Positions 9,819-17,615 of a stretch of 32,824 nt of DNA are shown one piece after another (positions within the stretch are counted from its first letter, which is position 1; every line of letters starts with the position of its first letter). The stretch comes from a virus: the IMG/VR virus record IMGVR_UViG_3300010970_000108, positions 1-32,824 of that record; one strand, given 5' to 3'. Both the position numbers and the translations under genes were made by a program. The notes below the pieces were generated by a model that was not told the DNA's origin, made no database searches, and saw only the letters and a program-made list of their open reading frames with translations.

Positions 9819-9826
9819 CAAAGTTA
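9819..9826 (-). promoter_or_regulatory. Possible Bacteroidota -7 box (TAACTTTG) upstream of the sigma gene
   Basis: Minus strand reads TAACTTTG-TTCA-ATG, which matches TAnnTTTG. It is only 4 nt from the ATG, so it would give a leaderless transcript or may be coincidental. Confidence 0.25.
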
Positions 9827-9840
9827 CTCATAGTTTATAC

Positions 9841-10188
9841 AAAGTAAAAAAGTAAAAGTAAAATCAACTTACATAGAAATATACATAAATACTATTGTAT
9901 TTACTATATATATAATGTTTTTTATATTCCTAATGTTTTTCTTTACTAATTTACTTTCACTAAAAAAACGGTTTACTTTTTTACTTTGTTCATTTTTGCC
10001 GTGTTAACTATTTAGAAATCAATTAGTTAACTATCATTTTAAAAGTAAAATAAAAGTAAAATAGTAAAAAAATAATTTTACTTTGGCTTTACTTATTTAC
10101 TTTTTTGCTTAACATATTACAATTTTTTCTAATATCAAATTTTGAAAGTAAATTTTTTATTTTACTTTTTTACTTTTGAATTTACTTT
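9841..10188. repeat. Array of 8-mer AAAGTAAA / TTTACTTT repeats in alternating-orientation clusters; candidate origin iterons or regulator-binding array
   Basis: Exact forward copies start at 9841, 9849, 9855, 10042, 10053 and 10145. Exact reverse copies start at 9950, 9972, 9980, 10077, 10096, 10161, 10169 and 10181. Near copies at 9942, 10061 and 10088. Two GTTAACTAT direct repeats (10003, 10026) sit in the centre. This is the largest non-coding tract in the genome. Confidence 0.8.
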
Positions 10189-12462
10189 CTAAAGCATTTT
10201 TTGGTATGAACCATGACCTAATCTATCAAATAAATCATTACTATTTTTTAACCACATCTTTATTGTAGGGCCTTTAACATTATATTTTGCACCAATTTCA
10301 ATGGCAGTCTTTGTGCTGAATGCTTCCGTTAGTTCTTTATAGATATTAAGATAAGGTTGTTTTAATTTATCCAAAGGCGTTTCAGGACTGAGTATCTTCA
10401 ATGCCTTTAGCATATTTCCTAAGAAGTATTCCGTTAACCTGATGGCTCGTTCTACTGCTGATTGTTGAACCACGTTTGATCTATTATCCAAATCATCACA
10501 ACATTGTAAAATGAGTGCAAACCTTAAACAATAGGCTTGATACTTGGCAATTATACCCTTTGCATTCTCATCTTGCGATTTATTATAATACAAGTTTTTA
10601 TAATCATGCCATGACTTGTAAAGTGTTAAAGCATCACTACTTAATGTGTACTTGTCTTTAATATCGTTATCCCTAAATATCAATAGTTTATCAAAAATTC
10701 TATGAACTTGTTCCTTAATATACTCAGGACAACTAATGATATCAAATGATGGCTTTGGTTCTGATTCAGGAAACACAAATAAAAATCTATGATAGAACCC
10801 GTTGAACTGGTTATCATTCTGCGAAAGAATATCCATGATACCTGGTTGAATACCGCCAACGATTCCCATTGAATAGTCGATAACTTTTCTATCATCTGCT
10901 GAAATCCTTTGCTGGAATACCGTTTCACTTGACCACATTTGTAGCCATTTTTGATTATCATCACCAGGTTTATATTGGCTCATTCGCTTTATGAATCCAG
11001 CAAGTTCATCGGCAACCAAACAACAACCTTTAGTATTGTATTGCAAAACATTAACAACCGTTTCCATTGTTGCATCATCAATAATCATCTGACTTAATAT
11101 TGGCTTGATAGGTAATGGCTTGTTTTTATCTTTCTTATCAACCCTTAGTAGTTCTTCGCTATATGATGCAACTTTCTTTCTATATGCCTTGTAATTTTCA
11201 TCATCAATGTTTTTTAGGTAGTTGTAAGCAATTCCCATCGCAGGACTCTTACCACCTCCAGCATGAGCCACAATAGCCATGTATAAGTTTGTGCGTAGTT
11301 TGTAACCTTGCAAGGCTTCAAGGTAACAAGTATTCCCGATGGCGGTGCTTAATGCCGAAAGCATAAACCCTGCAATATATTCGTTTTGGATTCGATGGCT
11401 CTTAATGTAATCTTCTATCTCCTTCGGGAAGATGTCATAAGGAAACAACATCCTATCTTTCAATATTGGTTGATGCTCAATAGGTTTTTGGTTTATTTCA
11501 ATTCCAATACTATCAGCAATACATTGAATTTCATCTAATGTTTTTTTCCAATCTTTGCCATTCTTATAATAAATTATCCTTGATGGTGTTAATACCCATG
11601 ACCTATCTCCGTTACCTTTGGCATCTGCCCATGATGGAAATCCTTGTAATGATGTTGTAAATAACAATACCTTGCGTGAACTGAAATAAACTTTAGCTGA
11701 GTAGTTAGTAAGTGAACCCCTGCGCAAGTAAGCAGTAAATTTATCCTTTGATTTATATCTGAAATCCTTTGATTCATACAAACTCATTTGATTAAGCATC
11801 TCATCGAATGCCTCATCAGTTATTTCACGATCAAACAATAAACAACTATTTTCATATTGTTGCGGATATTCAACTGGGTAAAAAGTATTATTGATTTCTT
11901 CCTTGTACTTATTGAATAAACTACCCGTACTGATTAACAAATCGTATTCATCATCAGTTAGTTCTTCCAAATCCTCAAAAGAATTATGAAACATATCGTA
12001 GCCAGGTGTAGGGCTGCAATAAGACAACAACCCACCAGTATAGACTGCAATCACTTCTTTACCCGATTCACTTGCTGCCAAAGATATCTTATGTGTAAGT
12101 TTTGGGTATTTGATGTAAACATGAAAGCCTTTGTTTCTTGTGGATTCAATGCAGACTTTCCTTAGTACATCAGGATTAGTGGCTTCAACTATATTGAACC
12201 AATCGTTAAACGATACCGTTCCATCTTCGTTCTTAGTATCAAAGTCAATTGTACCAAATGGAGGAAATAGTTTAAGTGCAATTCCGTTTGAATTATCGAT
12301 TAAGTCAATCCATTTTTCTAAGGTTGTTTCATTCCATTCAGATTCTAAAATAGTTGAATGCGCAATGATATGGCTTGATGCAACTTTACTGCTTGAATCC
12401 CATTTGATGGGTAAAGGCTTTAACCCTAATTTTACCAGTTCTTTAAAGATGTTGATGTTCAT
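10189..12462 (-). CDS. Replicase: N-terminal primase-polymerase (Prim-Pol) fused to a DUF3987/D5-like P-loop helicase
   Basis: 757 aa. Prim-Pol motifs GTIDFDTKNEDG (DxD) and NKGFHVYIKY. Central Walker A AHAGGGKSPA, in a context typical of DUF3987 helicases. Confidence 0.7.
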   Translation of the reverse strand: MNINIFKELVKLGLKPLPIKWDSSSKVASSHIIAHSTILESEWNETTLEKWIDLIDNSNGIALKLFPPFGTIDFDTKNEDGTVSFNDWFNIVEATNPDVLRKVCIESTRNKGFHVYIKYPKLTHKISLAASESGKEVIAVYTGGLLSYCSPTPGYDMFHNSFEDLEELTDDEYDLLISTGSLFNKYKEEINNTFYPVEYPQQYENSCLLFDREITDEAFDEMLNQMSLYESKDFRYKSKDKFTAYLRRGSLTNYSAKVYFSSRKVLLFTTSLQGFPSWADAKGNGDRSWVLTPSRIIYYKNGKDWKKTLDEIQCIADSIGIEINQKPIEHQPILKDRMLFPYDIFPKEIEDYIKSHRIQNEYIAGFMLSALSTAIGNTCYLEALQGYKLRTNLYMAIVAHAGGGKSPAMGIAYNYLKNIDDENYKAYRKKVASYSEELLRVDKKDKNKPLPIKPILSQMIIDDATMETVVNVLQYNTKGCCLVADELAGFIKRMSQYKPGDDNQKWLQMWSSETVFQQRISADDRKVIDYSMGIVGGIQPGIMDILSQNDNQFNGFYHRFLFVFPESEPKPSFDIISCPEYIKEQVHRIFDKLLIFRDNDIKDKYTLSSDALTLYKSWHDYKNLYYNKSQDENAKGIIAKYQAYCLRFALILQCCDDLDNRSNVVQQSAVERAIRLTEYFLGNMLKALKILSPETPLDKLKQPYLNIYKELTEAFSTKTAIEIGAKYNVKGPTIKMWLKNSNDLFDRLGHGSYQKML

Positions 12463-12665
12463 AATTCGTTGTTTATTGCCTTAGCAATTTTAGACATGGA
12501 TTCTTGAAACTCACCATCTTGTCTTAAAAAGATTGCAATTTGATTTAAACTTTCTGCTTTCCAAGTTTGGATTGCTAATTTAAAGCATTCAGCCAAAGGT
12601 AACTTAGTAATTTTTTGAATTTAGATTGCATCGTGTTGCAATCCATCAAGTATAGATTTACGCAT
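12459..12665 (-). pseudogene. Small ORF interrupted by an in-frame TAA (MRKSILDGLQHDAI*IQKITKLPLAECFKLAIQTWKAESLNQIAIFLRQDGEFQESMSKIAKAINNEL)
   Basis: Hand translation: ATG at 12665, TAA at 12623..12621, then the frame stays open for 53 codons to a TGA that overlaps the replicase ATG (ATGA). No ATG follows the stop until 12 codons from the end. Confidence 0.4.
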
Positions 12666-12671
12666 AAAGAT

Positions 12672-12719
12672 AAAAAAACCTGATTAGGTTCACGCGTGCC
12701 GGCAATCCCCCAATCAGGT
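12672..12719 (-). terminator. Intrinsic terminator after the VRR-NUC gene
   Basis: Minus strand reads ACCTGATTGGG ... CCTAATCAGGT (10 of 11 positions paired, about 20-nt GC-rich loop), then seven T. It lies about 50 nt downstream of the stop at 12772. Confidence 0.55.
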
Positions 12720-12771
12720 ATATAAAATGATTTAATTGTAATTATCCGGCACGATAACTATTACTGCAAAT

Positions 12772-13188
12772 TTACAACAAATTATCGTATAACATAAAAA
12801 ACTCATCAACACTTGAACAAAATTCATAAATTCCGAAAGCCTTGCGTTCCTTGATTTGCTCTGCAAGTTGAAACTCTGATGGCTTGTCCCTACCGACCTT
12901 AATTTCAATCATTACTGATTTTCCTTTAACGGTAGCGGATATGTCCGCAGTTCCTTTCCTTGTGCTTGACTTTATCCATTTATCACCGACCTTGCGACCT
13001 GATACGTTAATTCTTGTTGCTCGATGTCCGAGCCAGTTCAGGTAGTTACAAATGAACGTAGTCAAGCCATTCGCCTTAGTAACCACTGGCATCTTCGGTT
13101 CAGCGTAGAATCCATCTTTAAACGCAGTCGGGTAGTTTTGGGCAAACCATATTTTGTGGGCTGCTGAGTAGCGTGCTTTATTTGTCAT
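12772..13188 (-). CDS. VRR-NUC / PD-(D/E)XK family nuclease (possible junction resolvase)
   Basis: 138 aa. GTADISATVKGKSVMIEIKVGRDKPSEFQ fits the D...E-x-K...Q signature of VRR-NUC nucleases. Confidence 0.55.
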   Translation of the reverse strand: MTNKARYSAAHKIWFAQNYPTAFKDGFYAEPKMPVVTKANGLTTFICNYLNWLGHRATRINVSGRKVGDKWIKSSTRKGTADISATVKGKSVMIEIKVGRDKPSEFQLAEQIKERKAFGIYEFCSSVDEFFMLYDNLL

Positions 13189-13486
13189 TCAACATAGTTT
13201 TAATTTTCTCAAGATAAAGGCTCAAATCCATTGCTTCTTCCTGCGCATGATTAATCCAATCAAGCAAGTTTAAATCTTTGCGGTCCAAAGTTGTCTTGTA
13301 CTTCTTGATTCCTAATTCAGAACGTTGTTTGTACTTTTCGATTAGTGATTCAAGGATTGAGTCTTGTTGTGTCAAAATAGTATTTATTGCCTCGGTTAAT
13401 ACTTTAGGTTCGAGCATTGAAATTTCATCTCCTAATCTCCATAGTTGATAATGTCTTAAAATATTTGTTGCTTCTTGGTATGTCAT
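13178..13486 (-). CDS. Hypothetical protein
   Basis: 102-aa helical ORF overlapping both neighbours. No diagnostic motif. Confidence 0.4.
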   Translation of the reverse strand: MTYQEATNILRHYQLWRLGDEISMLEPKVLTEAINTILTQQDSILESLIEKYKQRSELGIKKYKTTLDRKDLNLLDWINHAQEEAMDLSLYLEKIKTMLNDK

Positions 13487-13683
13487 TTTTTATAAGTTTT
13501 ATTGTAGTAATCTTCAAAATCTTTATAGTTACTACCGTAATCAAGTCCATCCATCCAAGCATTTTCACATTCTTCTTTGTGCTTTTCTTTAGCTTGTTGA
13601 ATCATTTCAAGTTCATCCTTCATTAAAGGTATTCCACTTTCTTCTAATTTCTCAACTAACCATTCTACCGATGTTTGTGCCAT
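13483..13683 (-). CDS. Hypothetical protein (start moved to internal ATG)
   Basis: The track ORF starts at 13779, but its first 32 codons overlap another small ORF and look like an F/Y/K-rich artefact. MAQTSVEWLVEKLEE begins at 13683. Confidence 0.35.
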   Translation of the reverse strand: MAQTSVEWLVEKLEESGIPLMKDELEMIQQAKEKHKEECENAWMDGLDYGSNYKDFEDYYNKTYKK

Positions 13684-13694
13684 GTTATTATTTT

Positions 13695-13814
13695 TTATAA
13701 AATACCTTTTTGAACTAAATTTAATATTATCATTGAACTTATACCACCTATAAAAAAACCTAAAATAAAGCCATTCCAATAATATTTATTTTTATTATTG
13801 TTTCTCGAACTCAT
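13695..13814 (-). CDS. Possible 39-aa membrane peptide
   Basis: Hand-translated MSSRNNNKNKYYWNGFILGFFIGGISSMIILNLVQKGIL, with one hydrophobic helix. Below the ORF-track size cutoff. Confidence 0.25.
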   Translation of the reverse strand: MSSRNNNKNKYYWNGFILGFFIGGISSMIILNLVQKGIL

Positions 13815-13950
13815 AAATCATTTTATTTATTTGGTTATTAATTAATTCCCATTCTAACAAGGTTAATGGTTTTTTACTTTGTAACTGAAAAAATATATTC
13901 CAGTATTCTTGTCCTTGTTCTAAGTTAATTACTTGTTCTTGTATTTTCAT
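13795..13950 (-). CDS. Possible 51-aa protein
   Basis: Hand-translated MKIQEQVINLEQGQEYWNIFFQLQSKKPLTLLEWELINNQINKMIYEFEKQ. It fills an otherwise unannotated gap and starts 2 nt after the upstream stop. Confidence 0.3.
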   Translation of the reverse strand: MKIQEQVINLEQGQEYWNIFFQLQSKKPLTLLEWELINNQINKMIYEFEKQ

Positions 13951-13951
13951 A

Positions 13952-14299
13952 TTATATAATTTTATCATCCTTAATTAAAACCTCTACCGTCTTCCCTGCT
14001 AAGATATCCTCTATCATATCCTCTAACATTTGCCTTTGGTCTGGATTCAGCAATGCTACTCGTTCGGTGATGGCTGGAACGCTGAACGCATCCGATTCGA
14101 TTTCATACTTTATACCTTTGCGAACCTCATCATCAAAATGAGGATAGGTTATAATATCCTTGAATATCCACTTCACTCGCCTTGAGTAGTCGCTGAAAAC
14201 AACTGCACCCCGTGTATTAGGTGCAGCCCTGATGAAATCTTGCATGAATTCATTTGCAAGTTTAAGATGTTGGATGGCTTGTACTATGTTGCTTCTCAT
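13952..14299 (-). CDS. Hypothetical protein
   Basis: 115-aa ORF whose start codon shares 1 nt with the methyltransferase stop codon (14299). No motif recognised. Confidence 0.4.
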   Translation of the reverse strand: MRSNIVQAIQHLKLANEFMQDFIRAAPNTRGAVVFSDYSRRVKWIFKDIITYPHFDDEVRKGIKYEIESDAFSVPAITERVALLNPDQRQMLEDMIEDILAGKTVEVLIKDDKII

Positions 14300-15309
14300 T
14301 AGAATAGTGTTGTTTGTTTAATTGATTCGTTAGCAAATCTTAAATGAGCATCTTTAAGATTAATTATAGCTTGCTTAAAATAACTATCCTTTAATTCTAC
14401 TCCAATGGCTTTTCTTCCCAATGATACGGGACTATAAACTTCTGAACCTACTCCCATAAATGGCGTTAAAACAACTTCATTAGGATTAGAATACAATTCT
14501 ATTATTCTGTCAATTATATCTAATTGTAAAGGATGTACATGCTTCTCATCATCTTCTTCTCTGCTATCTCTAAAAGGTAAAATATTATCATTTCTAATAT
14601 CATCCCAAACCGATGATGCGTAACGTTGCCAGATAATTTGACTTAATTTATTAGTTAAATGGTTCTGATCTAAATTATCGCTATCAGCATATTTTATTTT
14701 AATATGTTCCCAGTTACCATACTTTTTTTCCATTGCAGGTAATAACGGTGTTTCTCCGTAATATCTTTTGAATCCTTTTGGATTAGTAACTTTTACTTTG
14801 TTTTCTCCAATTTTTTTAAATACTAACAAATAATCAGGAATTGCAGTAAAACACATTGTTGAGTCCTCAGCTATATTTTTATGCATCAAACTTCTAACCA
14901 TAGTCCTCATTCTAACTTCCAAAGGTTCTTTCCAAATTGTAATACGATTGTGTAAATTAAATCCGTACTTTTTATGTAATGCAATTATTTCATGAGGAAA
15001 GTCATACAATATATGAGCAGTTGTATCAGTTAAAATATCTTGACAATGAACTACATTAATTCTTCCAGGTTTAGTAACTCTTGCCATTTCAGCAACTAAA
15101 TACTCATACTGATTCATAAATTCTTCTTTAGAATTGCAATTACTAAAGTCTTTTTCAGAACTAGAATAATTATATAGTCCTGCAAATGGAGGAGAATAAA
15201 CTGATAAGTCAATAGAATTGTTATCCAATGTACTTACTACATCCATGCAATCACCGTTATAAATTGCATAATTTTCTGTAATTAACTGATCTTTTACTTT
15301 GTTTAACAT
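14299..15309 (-). CDS. DNA methyltransferase, N6_N4_Mtase family (beta-class amino-methyltransferase)
   Basis: 336 aa. Catalytic motif IV SPPF (IDLSVYSPPFAGLYNY) is N-terminal. AdoMet motif I (VLTPFMGVGSEV, preceded by HPLQLDII) is C-terminal, which is the beta-class order. Confidence 0.8.
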   Translation of the reverse strand: MLNKVKDQLITENYAIYNGDCMDVVSTLDNNSIDLSVYSPPFAGLYNYSSSEKDFSNCNSKEEFMNQYEYLVAEMARVTKPGRINVVHCQDILTDTTAHILYDFPHEIIALHKKYGFNLHNRITIWKEPLEVRMRTMVRSLMHKNIAEDSTMCFTAIPDYLLVFKKIGENKVKVTNPKGFKRYYGETPLLPAMEKKYGNWEHIKIKYADSDNLDQNHLTNKLSQIIWQRYASSVWDDIRNDNILPFRDSREEDDEKHVHPLQLDIIDRIIELYSNPNEVVLTPFMGVGSEVYSPVSLGRKAIGVELKDSYFKQAIINLKDAHLRFANESIKQTTLF

Positions 15310-15319
15310 GTTGTTGTTT

Positions 15320-16678
15320 TTAAAATTTAGGTTTTATTATTTCTTTTGTAAATTCTTTTTTTGACAAATCAACTAATCCGTTGATATTGCTTTGAATTAA
15401 ATTATTGAACTCAATAGCTTTGTTAGTTTTGTAAAGTAAAGTATCAATTACTCTTTTTTGTCCATCAGATAAAACTAAATCAACCGTTACTTTTTTAGTT
15501 TGTCCAAACCTCCAAAACCTTCTAATTGATTGATAATATTGTTCATAACTCCATGTAGGAAAATAAACCGTATGGTTACAATGTTGCCAATTTAATCCGA
15601 ATGATGTTATTTTTGGCTTAGTTATAATTCTTTTGATATTTCCATTTGCAAAGTTTAACAAAATATCTTCTTTTTTTTCGATTGTCATACCTCCTTTTAA
15701 TTGAACTGCATCTTTATCAAGCTCGTTTAACAAGTCGCCTTCATCATTAAAATTGCACCAATAAACTGAAGTTTTGTCTTTTGTCAATTCAACTGCTTTT
15801 TCACATCGTTGATTGAATGTAGATTTTTGTTCCTCTCTAACTTCACTCATTGTTTTTGCAATTCCGTTAAAAAGCATAATTTGATTATTAATTATCCAGT
15901 TATTTTCATTTTTAACGTAAACTTTATTTTCAATCAGTTCAGGTAAAAAATATTTTTCATCAGAAAACCCAAGATCACTAGGTTTTTTAACTGATATGCT
16001 CCATTGATTGAGCCAGCTAAAGAACTCATTTTTTGCATGAGGTTTTAAATACCATTTTGTTCCAATGTCCTGAGGTCTAACATTGTTTTCATTATTGGCA
16101 AAAAATTTAGTTAGCATATCCATATATGGAAAGTACCCTAACGCTTCACTGCTTGTACCAAATTCAACGTAATCATTCGGCGCTGGTGTTGCAGTTGATA
16201 AAAATCTGTAAGGAATTTTTTTCATGAATGAGGTAACTGCCCATTTTGTTTTTCCATCGAAATTTTTAAGTATTGAACTTTCATCTAAAATAATACCTAC
16301 AAAATCATTTTCGTTAAAATAATGCAATCTTTCGTAATTGCATATAACTATTTTTTTTGTATGCTTACCATCTTTTGAATACTCAATGTCATCAATTCCA
16401 AGTTTTTGTGCTTCTAAAATAAATTGAAAAGCTACTGCCAAAGGTGTTAAAATAAGTACCTTTTTGTTTGTATGCTGAATTACGTTTTTTGCTATTGATA
16501 ACTGAATCAATGTCTTGCCTAATCCAGTATCCGCAAATATTGCTATCCTTCCCTTTTTAATTGCTTTTTCAATTATGTATTTTTGAAAATCAAATGCAAT
16601 GTCAGGAAAATATTTTGCATCAAATCCACTATCACTAAGTGAATGTTTTTTGTTTTCTAAAAATTCGTTGTAGTTCAT
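15320..16678 (-). CDS. SNF2/DEAD-like superfamily 2 helicase
   Basis: 452 aa. Walker A ADTGLGKTL, motif II DESSILKN, and a C-terminal helicase region (FGLNWQHCNHTVYF, RFWRFGQTK). Confidence 0.75.
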   Translation of the reverse strand: MNYNEFLENKKHSLSDSGFDAKYFPDIAFDFQKYIIEKAIKKGRIAIFADTGLGKTLIQLSIAKNVIQHTNKKVLILTPLAVAFQFILEAQKLGIDDIEYSKDGKHTKKIVICNYERLHYFNENDFVGIILDESSILKNFDGKTKWAVTSFMKKIPYRFLSTATPAPNDYVEFGTSSEALGYFPYMDMLTKFFANNENNVRPQDIGTKWYLKPHAKNEFFSWLNQWSISVKKPSDLGFSDEKYFLPELIENKVYVKNENNWIINNQIMLFNGIAKTMSEVREEQKSTFNQRCEKAVELTKDKTSVYWCNFNDEGDLLNELDKDAVQLKGGMTIEKKEDILLNFANGNIKRIITKPKITSFGLNWQHCNHTVYFPTWSYEQYYQSIRRFWRFGQTKKVTVDLVLSDGQKRVIDTLLYKTNKAIEFNNLIQSNINGLVDLSKKEFTKEIIKPKF

Positions 16679-16694
16679 TTGTTGTTGTTATTTA

Positions 16695-16717
16695 AGCCCT
16701 GACCATTTGCCAGGGCT
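16695..16717. other. GC-rich hairpin between the SSB-tail gene and the helicase gene
   Basis: AGCCCTG (16695..16701) pairs with CAGGGCT (16711..16717). No U-tract follows on the transcribed minus strand, so it is not a canonical terminator. Confidence 0.3.
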
Positions 16718-16731
16718 ATTGGTTTTTCTAA

Positions 16732-17004
16732 TCAGAATGGTAAACTTTCAAAATTATCAGTCCTCGGTGCATCCTCTTGCTTAGGTGCGTTAAAGGTTAA
16801 TACTTTCCCAGCACCTACATAAGACTTCGCTTCCTTGGCTTCCCTTTGCTCTTTGGTTGGATTCATGTACACGGTGTGTGTGTTGTCGAACTTGTCTTTT
16901 TCTTTGCGTTCAACGATGCAGAACTTCGAATACACTTTACCGTTGTTGGCTTTCTTGCGACTCCATTCTGGAATGTCAGATAAACATACATCTATAACTA
17001 TCAT
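16732..17004 (-). CDS. Small protein with an SSB-type C-terminal tip (ends FESLPF); putative ssDNA-binding or SSB-mimic protein
   Basis: 90 aa. The acidic/hydrophobic C-terminus DNFESLPF resembles the D-(I/L)-P-F tip of bacterial SSB. It sits in the recombination module. Confidence 0.3.
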   Translation of the reverse strand: MIVIDVCLSDIPEWSRKKANNGKVYSKFCIVERKEKDKFDNTHTVYMNPTKEQREAKEAKSYVGAGKVLTFNAPKQEDAPRTDNFESLPF

Positions 17005-17045
17005 AATAAATCAGGGTATCGGTTGCCTGAGCCGTTGTTGTTAAC

Positions 17046-17615
17046 TTAATAAAATTCAGTTGGAATTCCTAATTTCAAAACTTGTTCTTCCCACCATTCA
17101 ACATCTTGCTTTACAACTACCCTCTCCGTATGCCTTGTTTTTGGATTCACTCTGATGATGATTCCAATCTTGCATTGAGTTGCTAAGCAATACCCAGTTA
17201 ATTGCTTGTCATATCCGAAGTAAGGTATTGACTTTGCTAATGGCATTTCTGATATCTTCAAATCTACTACAACCTTGCCACATCGCACCATGTCTATTCT
17301 GCCACGATACGGCATTTTAAAGCCTTCATGTTCGAAGTCAGCGGTTACACTTAACTCAGTATCAACAAAGGGCAGAACTCCACCAATGACATCGTATGCA
17401 GCCTGAGCAATGGGTACAATTAATTCCCTGCGTTCATGCTTGTAGGTGTGAGGTTCTAACAAGTAATTATGTACTTCAGTCCCTATTTGCATCTTATACG
17501 TTTGCTTGAATGGCTCAGAGTCTGAGTTCTTAATTGATGAATAGGAATAACCTTCTTTGAACTGGTATGTATCAAAGTCAATCCCCTTGTATAATTGAAT
17601 GTTAGTTACTTGCAT
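17046..17615 (-). CDS. PD-(D/E)XK exonuclease (RecB/YqaJ/Cas4-like recombination exonuclease)
   Basis: 189 aa. GTEVHNYLLEP, GRIDMVRCGKVVVDLKIS (D...D-x-K) and QLTGYCLA match the PDDEXK_1 pattern. Confidence 0.65.
   Translation of the reverse strand: MQVTNIQLYKGIDFDTYQFKEGYSYSSIKNSDSEPFKQTYKMQIGTEVHNYLLEPHTYKHERRELIVPIAQAAYDVIGGVLPFVDTELSVTADFEHEGFKMPYRGRIDMVRCGKVVVDLKISEMPLAKSIPYFGYDKQLTGYCLATQCKIGIIIRVNPKTRHTERVVVKQDVEWWEEQVLKLGIPTEFY

Noticed and set aside
9841-10188. Could the repeat tract be a CRISPR array?
   Set aside because: The repeat units are only 8 nt, occur in both orientations, and have irregular 0-60 nt spacing. There are no 25-40 nt repeats with unique spacers and no cas genes.
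10680-11777. Minus-strand alternative-frame ORFs inside the replicase gene (10680..10964, 11589..11777)
   Set aside because: They are embedded in the 757-aa replicase frame, which carries clear Prim-Pol and Walker motifs. They have no independent start context.
12459-12665. In-frame TAA as evidence of genome-wide stop-codon reassignment
   Set aside because: All the other long ORFs are intact under the standard code. Several genes end in TAA at sensible positions, for example the scaffold-like gene (32749..32747), the tail-fibre gene (24745..24743) and the DnaA-domain gene (20611..20613). Recoding of TAA genome-wide is therefore not supported.
12672-12753. GC-rich structured segment considered as a tRNA or tRNA-like gene
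   Set aside because: I could not build a cloverleaf. There is no acceptor stem, and no D or T arm with conserved GG or GTTC(G/A)A features in register. It is better explained as a terminator with extra pairing.
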